Shown piece after piece: positions 50,085 through 62,450 of a stretch of 64,000 nucleotides of DNA. Made by a program: the position numbers and the translations under genes. Where the stretch lies: contig MU008153.1 of the NCBI GenBank assembly GCA_010909165.1, positions 310,001 to 374,000 on the forward strand. Reading direction: 5' to 3'. The number at the start of each line of letters is the position of its first letter. Positions within the stretch are counted from its first letter, which is position 1. The notes under the pieces are model-generated. The model searched no databases. It had not been told where the DNA came from and worked only from the letters and a program-made list of their open reading frames with translations. The stretch is from Anthoceros angustus. Taxonomy: Eukaryota > Plantae > Anthocerotophyta.

Positions 50085-52689
50085 AACACCTTGATGCAAG
50101 AGAAGGTTCGGTAACTCGTCCACTGCCCCCCAATTCAAACCAAAGGCAACAACCTTGATTCAATAGAATGGTCTAGTAGCTCGTCCACTAGGCTCAACTC
50201 AAAAGAAGGGCAAGAGCAAAAATTATTAAAACGTACTTGCAATTGGTGGGTAAGTAGTAGTGAGTGGTTCACTGGTGGGACATGAGGCGAAAGTATGATG
50301 ATCAATGACTTATGGAATCATGTCCCATTGCAAAATAAAGGATGTGCCATAAAATTCAGTCCAAAGCATGAGCTCCATTAAATGGATCCTTCACTTGATT
50401 AGAAGGTTTGTAGGCTTTTCATTTAAATAGAATGTTTGTATAGTCTATGCTCTATTCACGGAGCTTGGAATGTCTTCAGGCCTGGGAGCTACTAGAAAGT
50501 TCCATCAACGAATAGTTTATTCTGAATCTAACTCTACAATAGACATAGAAAATCCCAATATCTCTATGAGTGTGATATTTCTACTTATCTTGAGGGTGCT
50601 TGCACGGTAACATCAGGACAAAGCCGTGCAGGCATAACTCCATATCGCATAACTATACCTTGAATGAAGTTTAATTAGTGAATCATTGGACTAACTTGTT
50701 GAAAAAGCCTACCAACGTTCCCTCTATGAAAGCTAGGTACCCACTTTCACAAGGTAGCCAAGTAAAGGGTCCGAGGTACCCTAGTCCCTCATGCGAGACT
50801 ATGAAGCGCAAGACTTTATGTCTAAAATAAAGTACCCTAGTCCCTCTTGTGAGACTACAAACCACAAAACTTTATGTGCGTTCGTTAAAGCATGCGTCTC
50901 TAATAGCATTGTGGGACATGTTTACAAAAGCGCCCATTGCCAAATCCATAAGTAGAGGAGACAAGAGAAAGCAGGCGATCATGCGATATTGACAACGCAA
51001 CCACTAGAAGAAAAGCGTCAAGTCATCATATAAAACACCTTGATGCAAGAGAAGGTTCGTAACTCGTCACGCTAATTCAAACCAAAGGCAACAACCTTGA
51101 TTCAATAGAATGGTCTAGTAGCTCGTCCACTAGGCTCAACTCAAAAGAAGGGCAAGAGCAAAAATTATTAAAAGCGTACTTGCAATTGGTGGGTAAGTAG
51201 TAGTGAGTGGTTCACTGGTGGGACATGAGGCGAAAGTATGATGATCAATGACTTATGGAATCATGTCCCATTGCAAAATAAAGGATGTGCCATAAAATTC
51301 AGTCCAAAGCATGAGCTCCATTAAATGGATCCTTCACTTGATTAGAAGGTTTGTAGGCTTTTCATTTAAATAGAATGTTTGTATAGTCTATGCTCTATTC
51401 ACGGAGCTTGGAATGTCTTCAGGCCTGGGAGCTACTAGAAAGTTCCATCAACGAATAGTTTATTCTGAATCTAACTCTACAATAGACATAGAAAATCCCA
51501 ATATCTCATGTGAGTGTGATATTTCTACTTATCTTGAGGGTGCTTGCACGGTAACATCAGGACAAAGCCGTGCAGGCATAACTCCATATCGCATAACTAT
51601 ACACTGAATGAAGTTTAATTAGTGAATCCGATGGACTAACTTGTTGAAAAAGCCTACCAACGTTCCCTCTATGAAAGCTAGGTACCCACTTTCACAAGGT
51701 AGCCAAGTAAAGGGTCCGAGGTACCCTAGTCCCTCATGCGAGACTATGAAGCGCAAGACTTTATGTCTAAAATAAAGTACCCTAGTCCCTCTTGTGAGAC
51801 TACAAACCACAAAACTTTATGTGCGTTCCGTTCGAAACGTAACGTCTCTAATAGCATTGTGGGACATGTTTACAAACTGGCCTACGTCTCTAATAGCATT
51901 GTGGGACATGTTTACAAACTGGCCTAATCGGTGGCAATGTGTTGCATAGTCTATAATCCTTATTTATGTTTCTCGAAATGTTGATTGTGCTTGCCTAGTA
52001 ACATGATAAAAATATCCTGGATTTGTAACTTCATATAATTAACTTCTTACCAAGTTGAACTAGTGAAAATTAGTCTTTGCTAACGTAACCCTAAAGATGT
52101 AGAAATACATGCTATTATTTAGGGTATATGATTGATGCAAATAATAAGTCTTTCATTTGCATAGATAAATGCTAATGTTTAGGGTCGTATATTCTATTCG
52201 AATAATAAGTCCGTCTTGCCTCATCGTATACCATGACTGTGCTTTTTAGGTATCTAGGGTTTATGGAACAGTGGATTGTCGCTTTGCATCATGAGGATGA
52301 GAGCTTTCAGTACCAGTAAGGACAGTGGTGGCGAAAGTGTAGTCTAAGAGTAAAAAGAGTGTTCTTGAGAATCGTCTTCGTAAGAGCGCGGTAGTGACTC
52401 CAATCGTCTTGGAGTTTATGGTGTTCGTGAGAGGTGTTCCTAAGATTGGAGTTGGTATATCTTAGAGCGGCGACTTATCAAGTGAGAACTCTATGAGCAG
52501 TGTCTCAACAAACGAGATTTTGACTGGTGTTGGTGCTTGCAAGAGCGGTATTAAGCTATGTGTCATCGAGTGCGGGTGTAAGCATTGTTCTTCAAGGGTT
52601 TAACTGGTATGTCGTAACCTTGTTCAATAGATACTTCATAAAACAGAAGGGATGTCGGAAAACGTGTGCTTCGTGAAATGAAATGAACA

Positions 52690-53050
52690 TGGCGTTCATG
52701 AAATAAGAGTGAGTGTCAGTGAAGTGAAAGTGAGTTTCAGTGAAATAAGAGTGAGAGTGATATTCTGTGAGATGAGAGTGATTTTCAGTGAAGTGAGAGT
52801 GATCTTTAGTGAAGGAGAGTGGTGTTGGGTGAAGTGAGAGTGATTTTCAGCCAAGTGCAAGTGATTTTCAGTGAAGCGAGGGTGATTTTCAATGAGATGA
52901 GAGTGACTTTCAGTGAGAGAGTGATTTCAATGAAGCGAGAGTGACTTTCAATGAAGTGAGAGTGACTTTCAGTGAAGTGAGAGTGATTTTCAGTGCGAAT
53001 GATTTGCATTGAAGTGAGAATGATTTGAAGTGAAGCGAGAGTGTTTTCAC
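52690..53050. repeat. Minisatellite, ~21-bp unit (GTGAAGTGAGAGTGATTTTCA)
   Basis: Roughly 15 degenerate head-to-tail copies. Confidence 0.9.
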
Positions 53051-53726
53051 ACAAGATGTTACGACAAATGAAAGCTTTTTCCAAACGTGTTTCAGCAACT
53101 TGTGCAGGACAGTTCCTCACAATTCCTCAACAAGACAATTCTTTGCAAGGTATGTATGTATCCGAACTCTATATATTTTTCCATGGAGTCAAGTCAAAAT
53201 GAGAAGGACACTCAAATAAGTTTGTAACATCGTTTCTTCAAAACTCAAAGCAATCATCAGGTCATAATGAGCAATCACAGGGACATAAGGGACAATCACT
53301 TCAGAACTCATTGCAATTATGAGGGGCAATCAGATTGCCTCAGAAATATCAATTAACCTGCTACTCAGAAAAGGGATCGTTGTACCAAAGTAAGTGAAGC
53401 TCATGTATGGTCAAAGGTAGATTGCTTAAGTGAGCTAAATCGGTTATTATGTTAACACCTCAGCAAACAGATTGCCTTTGCAAAGTTATTTTGGATTCAG
53501 TTCAAGGGAAGCTAATTTGCAAGCCATGACCCGTTTGCAGTTCAACCAACGTTTTTCCTTTGTATCCTACATAGACTCCAGGTAACAGGAAATTGGTTTG
53601 CAGGCAAAAACAGAAGCTTTTGGTGTTCTGTTTGTAGTTCGTAGGCTATTTTTCACATATTCTATATGTAGTTGGCAGACTGTTTTGCAAGTGAATGACA
53701 ACTCTTAATGTTCTACGTGTTTCAGA

Positions 53727-55265
53727 ATGAAAGGGGGGGCTGGTCCTGCAGTAAAGGTGCACCTGCTTTTTGGAAGCTTGGAGAAGTACATACCAGAAAA
53801 AGATATCACGGACCTCATGGACCCAGCCATATGGGGTAAACTTCCTGTCGAGATCCTGATGAGAGTGATTGCATTCTCTTCATTTGTTGCACAGATGCGT
53901 GCCAAAGTCCTGTGCAAGCAGTACAAACAAACTATCGAGACACCTGGTTTCCGATTGCAAGGCAGCGCAGCAGAAATGCCCTTCCCTGCTGCAATTTGTG
54001 CCTTCGAGGTCATAGGTGGACATGGAGGTCCTGAGGATCTGCATCATACTATTCCCGAAGGGAGCGCTCGAGCATACTACCCATTATGGACTGCTGCTAA
54101 TCCGACAGGGCAACCACGTCAGTTCAAAGGAATGGTCGATCCAATCAACCTGGATTTCCTTCCCCAGGATATGGAGAGCCTCCTTACCTCCAGCTTCTAT
54201 AAGAAACAAGTGCATTTCTTTGACAACGGCCTGATATGCATCAGAAGACATGAATCTACAGGAGGCATGATAATTGCAAACCTGTTAAACAAGACATGGC
54301 GGAAGCTCCCAGAACTTGACATACCAGAAACATTAAAGGAGCAGCTGTACATGCACAAAGAAGGGGACGAGATCACTTGCCTTGTGGCCGAGGGAGCAAG
54401 AACTTTTGAGGTACTCCACTTCTTCCAGTGGTCTGATGATTCCGGAAGCACAAATACATGGTGTGCAGGAATCTATGCATCAGTGACAAATTGTTGGAAA
54501 GTTGTCCACGGGCAGACTTACACATCTCCAAGAACCCGCATCCGCCGTCCTCAGGCTCTTGACCCATCTGATGATTTTGTCTATCTTATCCAAGACTCAG
54601 ACCCGACGAGTCCTAGATTTGTGAGGGCCTTTGCTGAAGACCGCCTCTACACCCTGTTCAATCATTCAAGTGGACGGCTGACTGTGCACAGCCTGGATGA
54701 TGGTGCCCTGTTGGAGGAGACCTTTCCACCAGGGCCACCAAAGCCTCTATTATCTGACCTGCACAAGGCAGGACTCAGAAACTTTGTCTCTCCGCATAGT
54801 GTTGAGTTTGATGAGTGGAAGGGAGTTTGGTTGTACAAAGGGAATCTGTATGGGGCAGCAACATATATGGCCAGCGGAGATATCCTGTTGGGAGTCACAA
54901 TCCTCCATCCGGATAAAAGGAGCTGGGGCCCTGCAAAGCTGCTTCCATACCCCCCATGGCATAATACAGCAGGGTGGCAGGGATTAACATACGGCTGGGA
55001 TGGAAACCTTGGCCTGGCTGGACAATACATATGGGCGGCTCGATACTACATGAAGCAGGAGAATGGACCACCAGCAAGACGCTCGAGTCGATTTTATCCC
55101 ATTGCCACACAACGGACCACAAACGAGATATGGCACGACTGGCATACAGTGGCACTTTTCGACATCCATGCAGAACGCTGGCTGGAAGTCTTCAGCGATA
55201 TCAGAGACAAGAAGTCCTGCAAGCTCTCTGTGTTTGAGCCAAAGGCAGAGCACATCCACCTGTAA
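53727..55265 (+). CDS. F-box protein with divergent C-terminal (kelch/FBA-like) region, intronless, 512 aa
   Basis: MDPAIWGKLPVEILMRVIAF...RAKVLCKQYK F-box; NGLICI, IANLLNKTWRKLP, IYASVTNCWK. Confidence 0.85.
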   Translation: MKGGAGPAVKVHLLFGSLEKYIPEKDITDLMDPAIWGKLPVEILMRVIAFSSFVAQMRAKVLCKQYKQTIETPGFRLQGSAAEMPFPAAICAFEVIGGHGGPEDLHHTIPEGSARAYYPLWTAANPTGQPRQFKGMVDPINLDFLPQDMESLLTSSFYKKQVHFFDNGLICIRRHESTGGMIIANLLNKTWRKLPELDIPETLKEQLYMHKEGDEITCLVAEGARTFEVLHFFQWSDDSGSTNTWCAGIYASVTNCWKVVHGQTYTSPRTRIRRPQALDPSDDFVYLIQDSDPTSPRFVRAFAEDRLYTLFNHSSGRLTVHSLDDGALLEETFPPGPPKPLLSDLHKAGLRNFVSPHSVEFDEWKGVWLYKGNLYGAATYMASGDILLGVTILHPDKRSWGPAKLLPYPPWHNTAGWQGLTYGWDGNLGLAGQYIWAARYYMKQENGPPARRSSRFYPIATQRTTNEIWHDWHTVALFDIHAERWLEVFSDIRDKKSCKLSVFEPKAEHIHL

Positions 55266-57341
55266 AGAAGCTCCTCAGCTCAACCACGTCAGCTACTGTT
55301 ATTTAGCTGTGAGTTGTGATGCTGATGATGAAACGTACTGAACACATTCTTGCTGCCGTATTAGTAAGACCGAAAAGTGGAAGCTGAGGAGATGTCTTAC
55401 GTACCCAGTTCTTGCATGAATTTTCCAAGCCCTCCGCAGTCTGAACAACACACCACCACCTTGTTGCTGGCTCGCAGGTGGACGAGAGGTGACGAATCAA
55501 TTTGAAGACACTACCAAGAGCCTTGCCAGCAAATGCACAACAGACTACAAGAAAGAACTAGTCTCAAGTAGTCTCAAGCTGTAAGTGGACAAGACATGAG
55601 CCAACTTCTGTTCGCCAGTGCCCTGCAAGACTTCTAACTCCCACGAAAAGGGCAGACGGACACAAGCAAAGCTTAACAGCACTCTCATAAACCTTATTTC
55701 TGAGACATTATGAACATAATGACGCGTCCGAGATGAAGTGGTCACTCCAGGCCAAGAGCAGAAGCGGCGCTACGACCCACAAGCACAATACACAAGAGCC
55801 AGTCCCACCAGCGCTACGATGCTCCTACGATTCAAGCAGAAATGTCCTAAATTCCCGTCTGTGAAAATCAGAGCCCCGCATACAAAGCTTCTTGCAATCG
55901 AGATGGCCACCACTAATGTCTGCTTCCAGATTATGCAAGTCGTGAGCTGCCGACGGCTTGGAGCACGGACATGACTAAAGATGCAGTGTGCAGCAAGAAG
56001 ATGACGACTCGTTCCTAAAACATTGTACCTACACCAAGCGGAGTACGCCTCCGACAAAAACACTAAGGGCTCCCATATTTAGGGGGATTAGGGTTCCGTG
56101 CTTCTCAAGATGTGGAGGTCAGGGTTATTGCAAGTAACTGTCACAGACGAATGTGTGGATGTCCATAATCGGGATGGTACCCCAAGCTGGTGCACGCCTC
56201 TGCCATGTCCGCTCGAGACTTTTTGTCTGCCCCGGTTTGAGAACCGTTGCTGCGTGCAGAAGACGCACATAGCCATGCACCTTCATCGTCGTGTAGATGT
56301 GCAGCTCAGCTACCTATAGATTGCTCTACTCAAGGGCCTTTTACAATGCATGCGACAACGAGGCTAGCACTGCGCAGTAGGTTTAGGCCTTTCTTACTTA
56401 AGAAAAGCTGCAGGAAACTGTGGCTCACGGCGCCGTTCGCTCTGAGCGGCGCTGGGAGGAAAACTGCGGCCCCAGTTTTTTTTGTCAGTGGGAGGAGCTA
56501 GCCGGGTCGGCGAAAGAAAGTTGGACAGACATTTTAAGTATTTTTAATTACCGGCCTAGGCACTACATAGCCGTGTCTCGTCTTCCATTTCGTGTCCCGC
56601 TTTCGTCTTTCATTTCACTCATTTTCTTGTGGCACCTCTAGCTACGTTCCTCTTTGGTTTGGGGAGTTGAGTGTAGGGGAAGTTAGAGATCTCTCTTTAA
56701 TTTAGTTTTTTTTATGATTATGGATAGAATATTATACATATATTTATAACCATATTCTTATGCTCTCCTTCACATCATGTACCTCTGGGATTTGATAATG
56801 ACTTGTTGTCTTATTCGGTTTTCATTGTAGTTTTATTATCTGCGATGAGCGGAGTTTTGGAGCACTTATCATCTGTAAAGCGGAAGAGGGGAAGAGGGAC
56901 TAGTGGAAGTTTCCTCAACAACTCACATTATGGAGAGATATACATATGAGAGTATGGCATAATAAAGGTGCTACCGTTCGGGATGCTCAACAACGTTTTG
57001 CTTATAGAATGTCATATCCTAACTTTCTGGTTTTGGTTGATATGCTACGCCCGTAAATGCTTCGCACATCTACTAGAGAACCTCTTCTACACCAACATGC
57101 AATTGCCATGGTCCTCCACCGTCTTGCTAGGGGATTGTCGCCTCATATTGTTGTAGATATGTATGGGGTAGGAGCTTTGATTTGGCTCAATACACCATTA
57201 TGATTTCAAAGATACTAAGCAATTTAGAAAAATTATTTTCTAGATTGGTTCATTGGCCTGCAAGGGTTGAATTAGAGCAAACAACAATGAAGTTCAGGCA
57301 GCTCACAGGTCTTCCCAATATGGTCGGAGCCATAGATGGTT

Positions 57342-57868
57342 CACACATCAAGCTAGCTGCACAGACTAGTAGGGCAGATAACCCATTTGCATACGGGTGT
57401 CGCCATGATATTCATTCAATTGCCTTACAAGGCATATGTGATGCTGATAAAAAGTTAATTGATGTTTGTTGCTGAAACGGTCGCAGACTAGTGGCCATTT
57501 GCGACCTCGATAGCCGAGCAGTGCTGGACCCGAAGTTGCTCACAGTCTTCACATCCCGAGCAACGGGAACCGCCGAAAACCAGAGGTATCGATTTTTTGA
57601 TTCAGCTAGCTGCACACATCAAGCTAGCTGCATAGACTAATAGGGCAGATAACCCAGTTGCATACTGGTGTCGCCATGATATTCATTCAGTTGTCTTACA
57701 AGGCATATGTGATGCTGAAAAAAAGTTTATTGATGTTTGTTGCTGAAACGGTCGCAGACTAGTGGCCATCCTGCGACCTCGATAGCCCAGTAGTGCTTAG
57801 ACCTGAAGTTGCTCACAGTCTTCGCAGCACGAGCAACGGGAACTGCAGAAAACCAAAGGTATCGATTT
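57342..57868. repeat. ~271-bp tandem duplication covering part of the transposase and the start of an unrelated insertion beginning TGAAACGG
   Basis: 57342-57595 is similar to 57613-57868. Confidence 0.85.
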
Positions 57869-58422
57869 GCCGATCTAATAATAATGAGATAATGTCACCT
57901 GACTAGGTAGATGATTAGACTAATAGCCGATAAATAGATAATTGACGGAAAATTAGGTAAATAGAAGATAATGAGAATAACATCCATTAAACTAGGATAA
58001 ATACTATAAAAAGAAAATAACTCCCAAATAACCCGAGTAATACCAGAAAGCCTAACGTCTAGCCTAGAAGATCAAGAACAAGGAGGTTAAACCGGTATGT
58101 GCGGCCTTCTTGGCTTGTCACATGACCATGTATATGTATGCTACCCGATACACTGAAAAAATGTCCACTTTCCACAAGACTTATGAAACAATTTCATGCA
58201 ACAAGGGAGGACCATACTAAAAAACTCTTCAACCGTTCTTTACGAACAGGCAAAGTGAAGGTGGAGAATGCCTTTGCACAGCTGAAGAATAAATGGCGTA
58301 TTCTGATGTTCAGAATATCTTGATATTCCAGAATATCTTGATATTCTGATATTCAGACGAACATCTTAATGTTCCTCTAAAGTATGCCTCGCAAGTTGTC
58401 ATAGCTTGTTGTGCACTTCATA

Positions 58423-58822
58423 CACTACTAGGCCCCTAGGGAGGGTTTTACAAAACCCATTTTGTAAATGTCTCAATCTTTACAATGTCTATAAACCGCC
58501 GTCGTAAATTGATTTAAGTTTCATTGATGTGGCTAGTTTTAAGACTCGGTTTACAACGGGGTTTCTAGTTGGATGATGTGGCACTCTTTTGGGTGCTCAT
58601 TTAAAACAACGGATTGATGACGTGGCTCCCTTGTTGTAGATTACATTGTAAAAGCCTTTTTCTCAAAATTTGATCTTTATTTTTCTAAAAAACTGGGTTA
58701 ATATTACTAATCTCAAAAATATGATTGGAAGCCATTTACAACAGCATGCGATAACGTGGCTCCCTTGTTATAAATTATGTTGTAAAGGATTTTTCTCAAA
58801 ATTTGTTCTTTATTTCTTCAAA

Positions 58823-58856
<34 letters not shown>

Positions 58857-59718
58857 CACAAAATATGATTGGAGGCCATTTGCAACAGCGATAAATGACG
58901 TGGCTCCTTTTAGTACATTACTTTGTAAAACAATTTCCTCAAAAATTGTTCTTTATTTCTTCAAAACTCTTTTTTATTATTATTAATCACAAAATATGAT
59001 TGGAGGCCATTTACAGCAAATTTTTAAGGTGGTAAATGAGGTTGTAAATGAGGTTGTAAGCGAGGTTGTAAGCGAGGTTGTAAGCGAGGTTGTCAGCGAG
59101 GTTGTCAGCGAGGTTGTAAGCGAGGTTGTAAGCGATGTTGTCAACGAGGTTGTAAACGATGTTATCAACGAGGTTGTAAACGATGTTATCAACGAGGTTG
59201 TAAACGAGGTTGTAAACGATGTTGTAAACGATGTTGTCAATGAGGTTGCAAACGATGTTGTCAACGAGGTTGTAAACGTGGTTTTAAAAGAGGTAGTAAT
59301 TGAGGTTGTACATTAGGTTGCAAACACGGTTGTAACATACGTTGTAAATAAGGGTGCACTCTAGGTTGTAAAGTAAGGGTATATGAAGGTTGTAAATGAG
59401 GTTGTAAGGTATTTTGTAAAATACATTGTAAATAGACCCATTTTTACAACCTAGTTAAGCTGTCAAACTACAACCTCCCATTAACAACCTACTTTACAAC
59501 CTAGATTACAAGGCAACCACATTGTAATGGCGTTGTAAACCGGCTACCTAGATACACCGCCACGTCAGCAACTCGATGATGTTGCAATCTTTCCTGCCAC
59601 GTCCGCAATTTTACAACCTAGTTATTAGTCTACAAACGTGTAAATGTCTATTTTTACAACGTGAAGTTGTAAATTATGTGGTAAAATACGTTATAAAATA
59701 CCTGCGATTCTTGTAGTG
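58423..59718. mobile_element. Non-autonomous CACTA element nested in the Harbinger transposase
   Basis: Ends CACTACTAG...CTTGTAGTG; flanks ATA/ACA (3-bp TSD, one transition); removal restores CTT CAC AAC TTT (LHNF). Confidence 0.85.
59030..59330. repeat. 12-bp minisatellite (GAGGTTGTAAAC) inside the CACTA element
   Basis: More than 20 head-to-tail copies. Confidence 0.95.
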
Positions 59719-59930
59719 ACAACTTTTGTATAGAGGTTGGAGAGTTAGGACCACAACAGCATGATGAAGACCAGTTTCTACTGCATAGAGCGTAACCATA
59801 TCTGGGAAGCTCTCGGAGAACGAAGGATGCACAATATAGCGATAGTGAAACGAAATAAGTTGTTTGAAGATTGGAAAAGTGGAGGACTTGGAGATAATTA
59901 AAGTAGATTGTGATTGGCAAAGATATACAA

Positions 59931-61366
59931 TACCTAGTGTGGCTATATGAGAATAAGGACATGATATTCAACGAATAAGGTGTCTGTACTAAATAGACAA
60001 GAGCACACAAAAATCAACTAGTAGTGAACTGCCACTGCGAGACATTGAACCTACTTTTCTTGGCCTGTGCATATGATAAAATGCCTGCCTTTCATAGCAT
60101 GTTGTTCTTCTACATTTCCCGTCATTCCTGCCCTTCCTACCTTTCTTGCTTTTTCTTCTGCCTGCCTTTTTGGGAACTTCTTGCTTTGTTGCTATGTCTT
60201 GTCTTTCTTGCCACTCTTGCTCTATTTACTATGGCCTGCTTCTGTCTTTTTTGACTTTCCTACAAGCATCGCTGTTATTTGAGTTGATTTTCCATCTGCA
60301 ACTCATCCTGACGCAATTCGTGTTGCAGCATGAGCTGCCGAATATGGAGCTGGTTGGCCATCTTGGCAGTTTCAATCTTTGCCAGACAATCTGCAAAAGA
60401 AGATAAGCCTCCTACAATTTCTTTTCCAACTCCTGAAGTGGAAGACCTTCTACGCTTGACCTTTTTTCTCTATAAGAATCGCACATGTTGGTAGTGTTCT
60501 TAGGGACTCTGCACATTGTTCTTCAGTACTTTCTTGAGCTTCAGGAGTCATGTGTTGAGGTGCATGAGGTGAATCACCTTGTGAAGGCTGCTTAGAGTCA
60601 GCAAATTAAGTTCCACTCCCCGCAACATATGAAGGTAAGCTGGCAGTACCTAGTGTGGCTATATGAGAATAAGGACATGATATTCAACGAATAAGGTGTC
60701 TGTACTAAATAGACAAGAGCACACAAAAATCAACTAGTAGTGAACTGCCACTGCGAGACATTGAACCTACTTTTCTTGGCCTGTGCATATGATAAAATGC
60801 CTGCCTTTCATAGCATGTTGTTCTTCTACATTTCCCGTCATTCCTGCCCTTCCTACCTTTCTTGCTTTTTCTTCTGCCTGCCTTTTTGGGAACTTCTTGC
60901 TTTGTTGCTATGTCTTGTCTTTCTTGCCACTCTTGCTCTATTTACTATGGCCTGCTTCTGTCTTTTTTGACTTTCCTACAAGCATCGCTGTTATTTGAGT
61001 TGATTTTCCATCTGCAACTCATCCTGACGCAATTCGTGTTGCAGCATGAGCTGCCGAATATGGAGCTGGTTGGCCATCTTGGCAGTTTCAATCTTTGCCA
61101 GACAATCTGCAAAAGAAGATAAGCCTCCTACAATTTCTTTTCCAACTCCTGAAGTGGAAGACCTTCTACGCTTGACCTTTTTTCTCTATAAGAATCGCAC
61201 ATGTTGGTAGTGTTCTTAGGGACTCTGCACATTGTTCTTCAGTACTTTCTTGAGCTTCAGGAGTCATGTGTTGAGGTGCATGAGGTGAATCACCTTGTGA
61301 AGGCTGCTTAGAGTCAGCAAATTAAGTTCCACTCCCCGCAACATATGAAGGTAAGCTGGCAGTACC
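59931..61366. repeat. 716-bp perfect or near-perfect tandem duplication
   Basis: Identical ORF triplets at 60024/60740, 60067/60783 and 60146/60862. Confidence 0.95.
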
Positions 61367-61888
61367 TTTCCTGGGCTTTGACTTCCTAAGGCCCAAGGTA
61401 CCTGAAATCCCTTGGTTCTTATCGCAAAGATAGCCATTGCATAGAAGTGTGGCCATATGGTATTAATGCTCCCCATTGCTGTCTTCTGCTCCTTCTCCTT
61501 CCGATATCGCTTCTTCAGATTCTCCATTTTCATCTTACATTTTTTGGCTGTCACATCTGGGAGGCCACAATAGTTGCCAACTTCAGCAGCCACCTCATTC
61601 CAATATCTTCTGGTGAGGTTCCCTTGCTTGAGATGCACGAGGTGCATCTCATGATAGGCCCTAGCCTATCAAGACCGTTGTTGCTTCTTCAGTCCATTGG
61701 AGGTTGGTGTCGCGCTTTAACTTGGCCTTGGTATGTTGCTCCTCTGTGCTCGCAATGAGGTTATCCACCTGATCTTTAAAGGCCTCTCCCTTCTCCATAG
61801 CGATGAGATGTCTTGTGGCTTGTGTAGTAAAATCTTTGTATATATCAACTACCTCATCCATAATTGAGCATTGATGATTAGAGGGCAT
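60740..61888 (-). pseudogene. Myb/SANT-like (trihelix-type) DNA-binding ORF, probably the Harbinger second gene; broken
   Basis: QWTEEATTVLI, GNLTRRYWNEVA, TAKKCKMKMENLKKRYRKEK, WPHFYAM; convergent with the transposase. Confidence 0.8.
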
Positions 61889-62128
61889 GATTTTACAACA
61901 AGAGGCCCCACTCGCCCATGGGGCTAATGAATGGGTGGAGATGAGGGCATGATTTTATAACAAGAGGCCCCACTGGGCCATGGGGCTATGGAATGGGTGG
62001 AGATGAGGGCATGATTTTATAACAAGCGGCTCTACTGGGTCATGGGGCTAGGGAACTAGGGAATGGGTGGATACGAGGGCATGATTTTATAACAAGAGGC
62101 CCCACCGGACCATGGGGCTAGGGAATGG
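61881..62128. repeat. ~62-bp tandem repeat x4
   Basis: GAGGGCATGATTTTATAACAAGAGGCCCCAC...CATGGGGCTA.GGAATGG. Confidence 0.9.
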
Positions 62129-62239
62129 ATGACACCCCATGCGAATACTAATCCGTTAAGAACGTTTGACTGTGGAGTTTTGATGAACCCCAAGTCCCCA
62201 AGTATGGATGTCTCCTTCAAAGGAGAACTTAACTGGGCT

Positions 62240-62450
62240 TTTTAAGGTATACCACCCCATCGCAATAGTGATCGGAGCAAAAGGATGCTTAACTGTGGAG
62301 TTCGGTGTAGATGTCATTCTTGCGTGGTGGACATGTATGCAAAATGTGGTGAACTGGAAGATGCACCACATGTTTTTGACAGCTTGTCCACAAAGAATGT
62401 TGTGACTTGGATGGCCGTTGTTGGATATGCACGACAAGGGTGAGCCGCTC
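62240..62450 (+). pseudogene. Short PLS-PPR fragment
   Basis: VVDMYAKCGELEDAPHVFDSLSTKNVVTWMAVVGYARQG. Confidence 0.8.

Larger units (their letters stand above)
46385..51927 (+). mobile_element. AT-rich, internally duplicated element carrying decayed OTU-like cysteine protease ORFs; class unknown
   Basis: 46385-47664 repeated at 48462-50075; ~49980-50930 repeated at ~50932-51880; ~49-bp subrepeats at unit starts. Confidence 0.6.
56860..59850 (+). mobile_element. PIF/Harbinger transposase, decayed and interrupted by insertions
   Basis: YRMSYPNF, GLPNMVGAIDGSHIK, SIALQGICD, FNRSL..KVKVENAFAQLKNKWRIL, VVIACCALH|NFCI. Confidence 0.9.

Noticed and set aside
52806-53120. Repeat-protein ORFs (LTSLKVT / HSHFTES)
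   Set aside because: Translations of a 21-bp minisatellite.
58983-59316. VVNE and TTSL repeat ORFs
   Set aside because: Translations of the 12-bp minisatellite inside the CACTA element.
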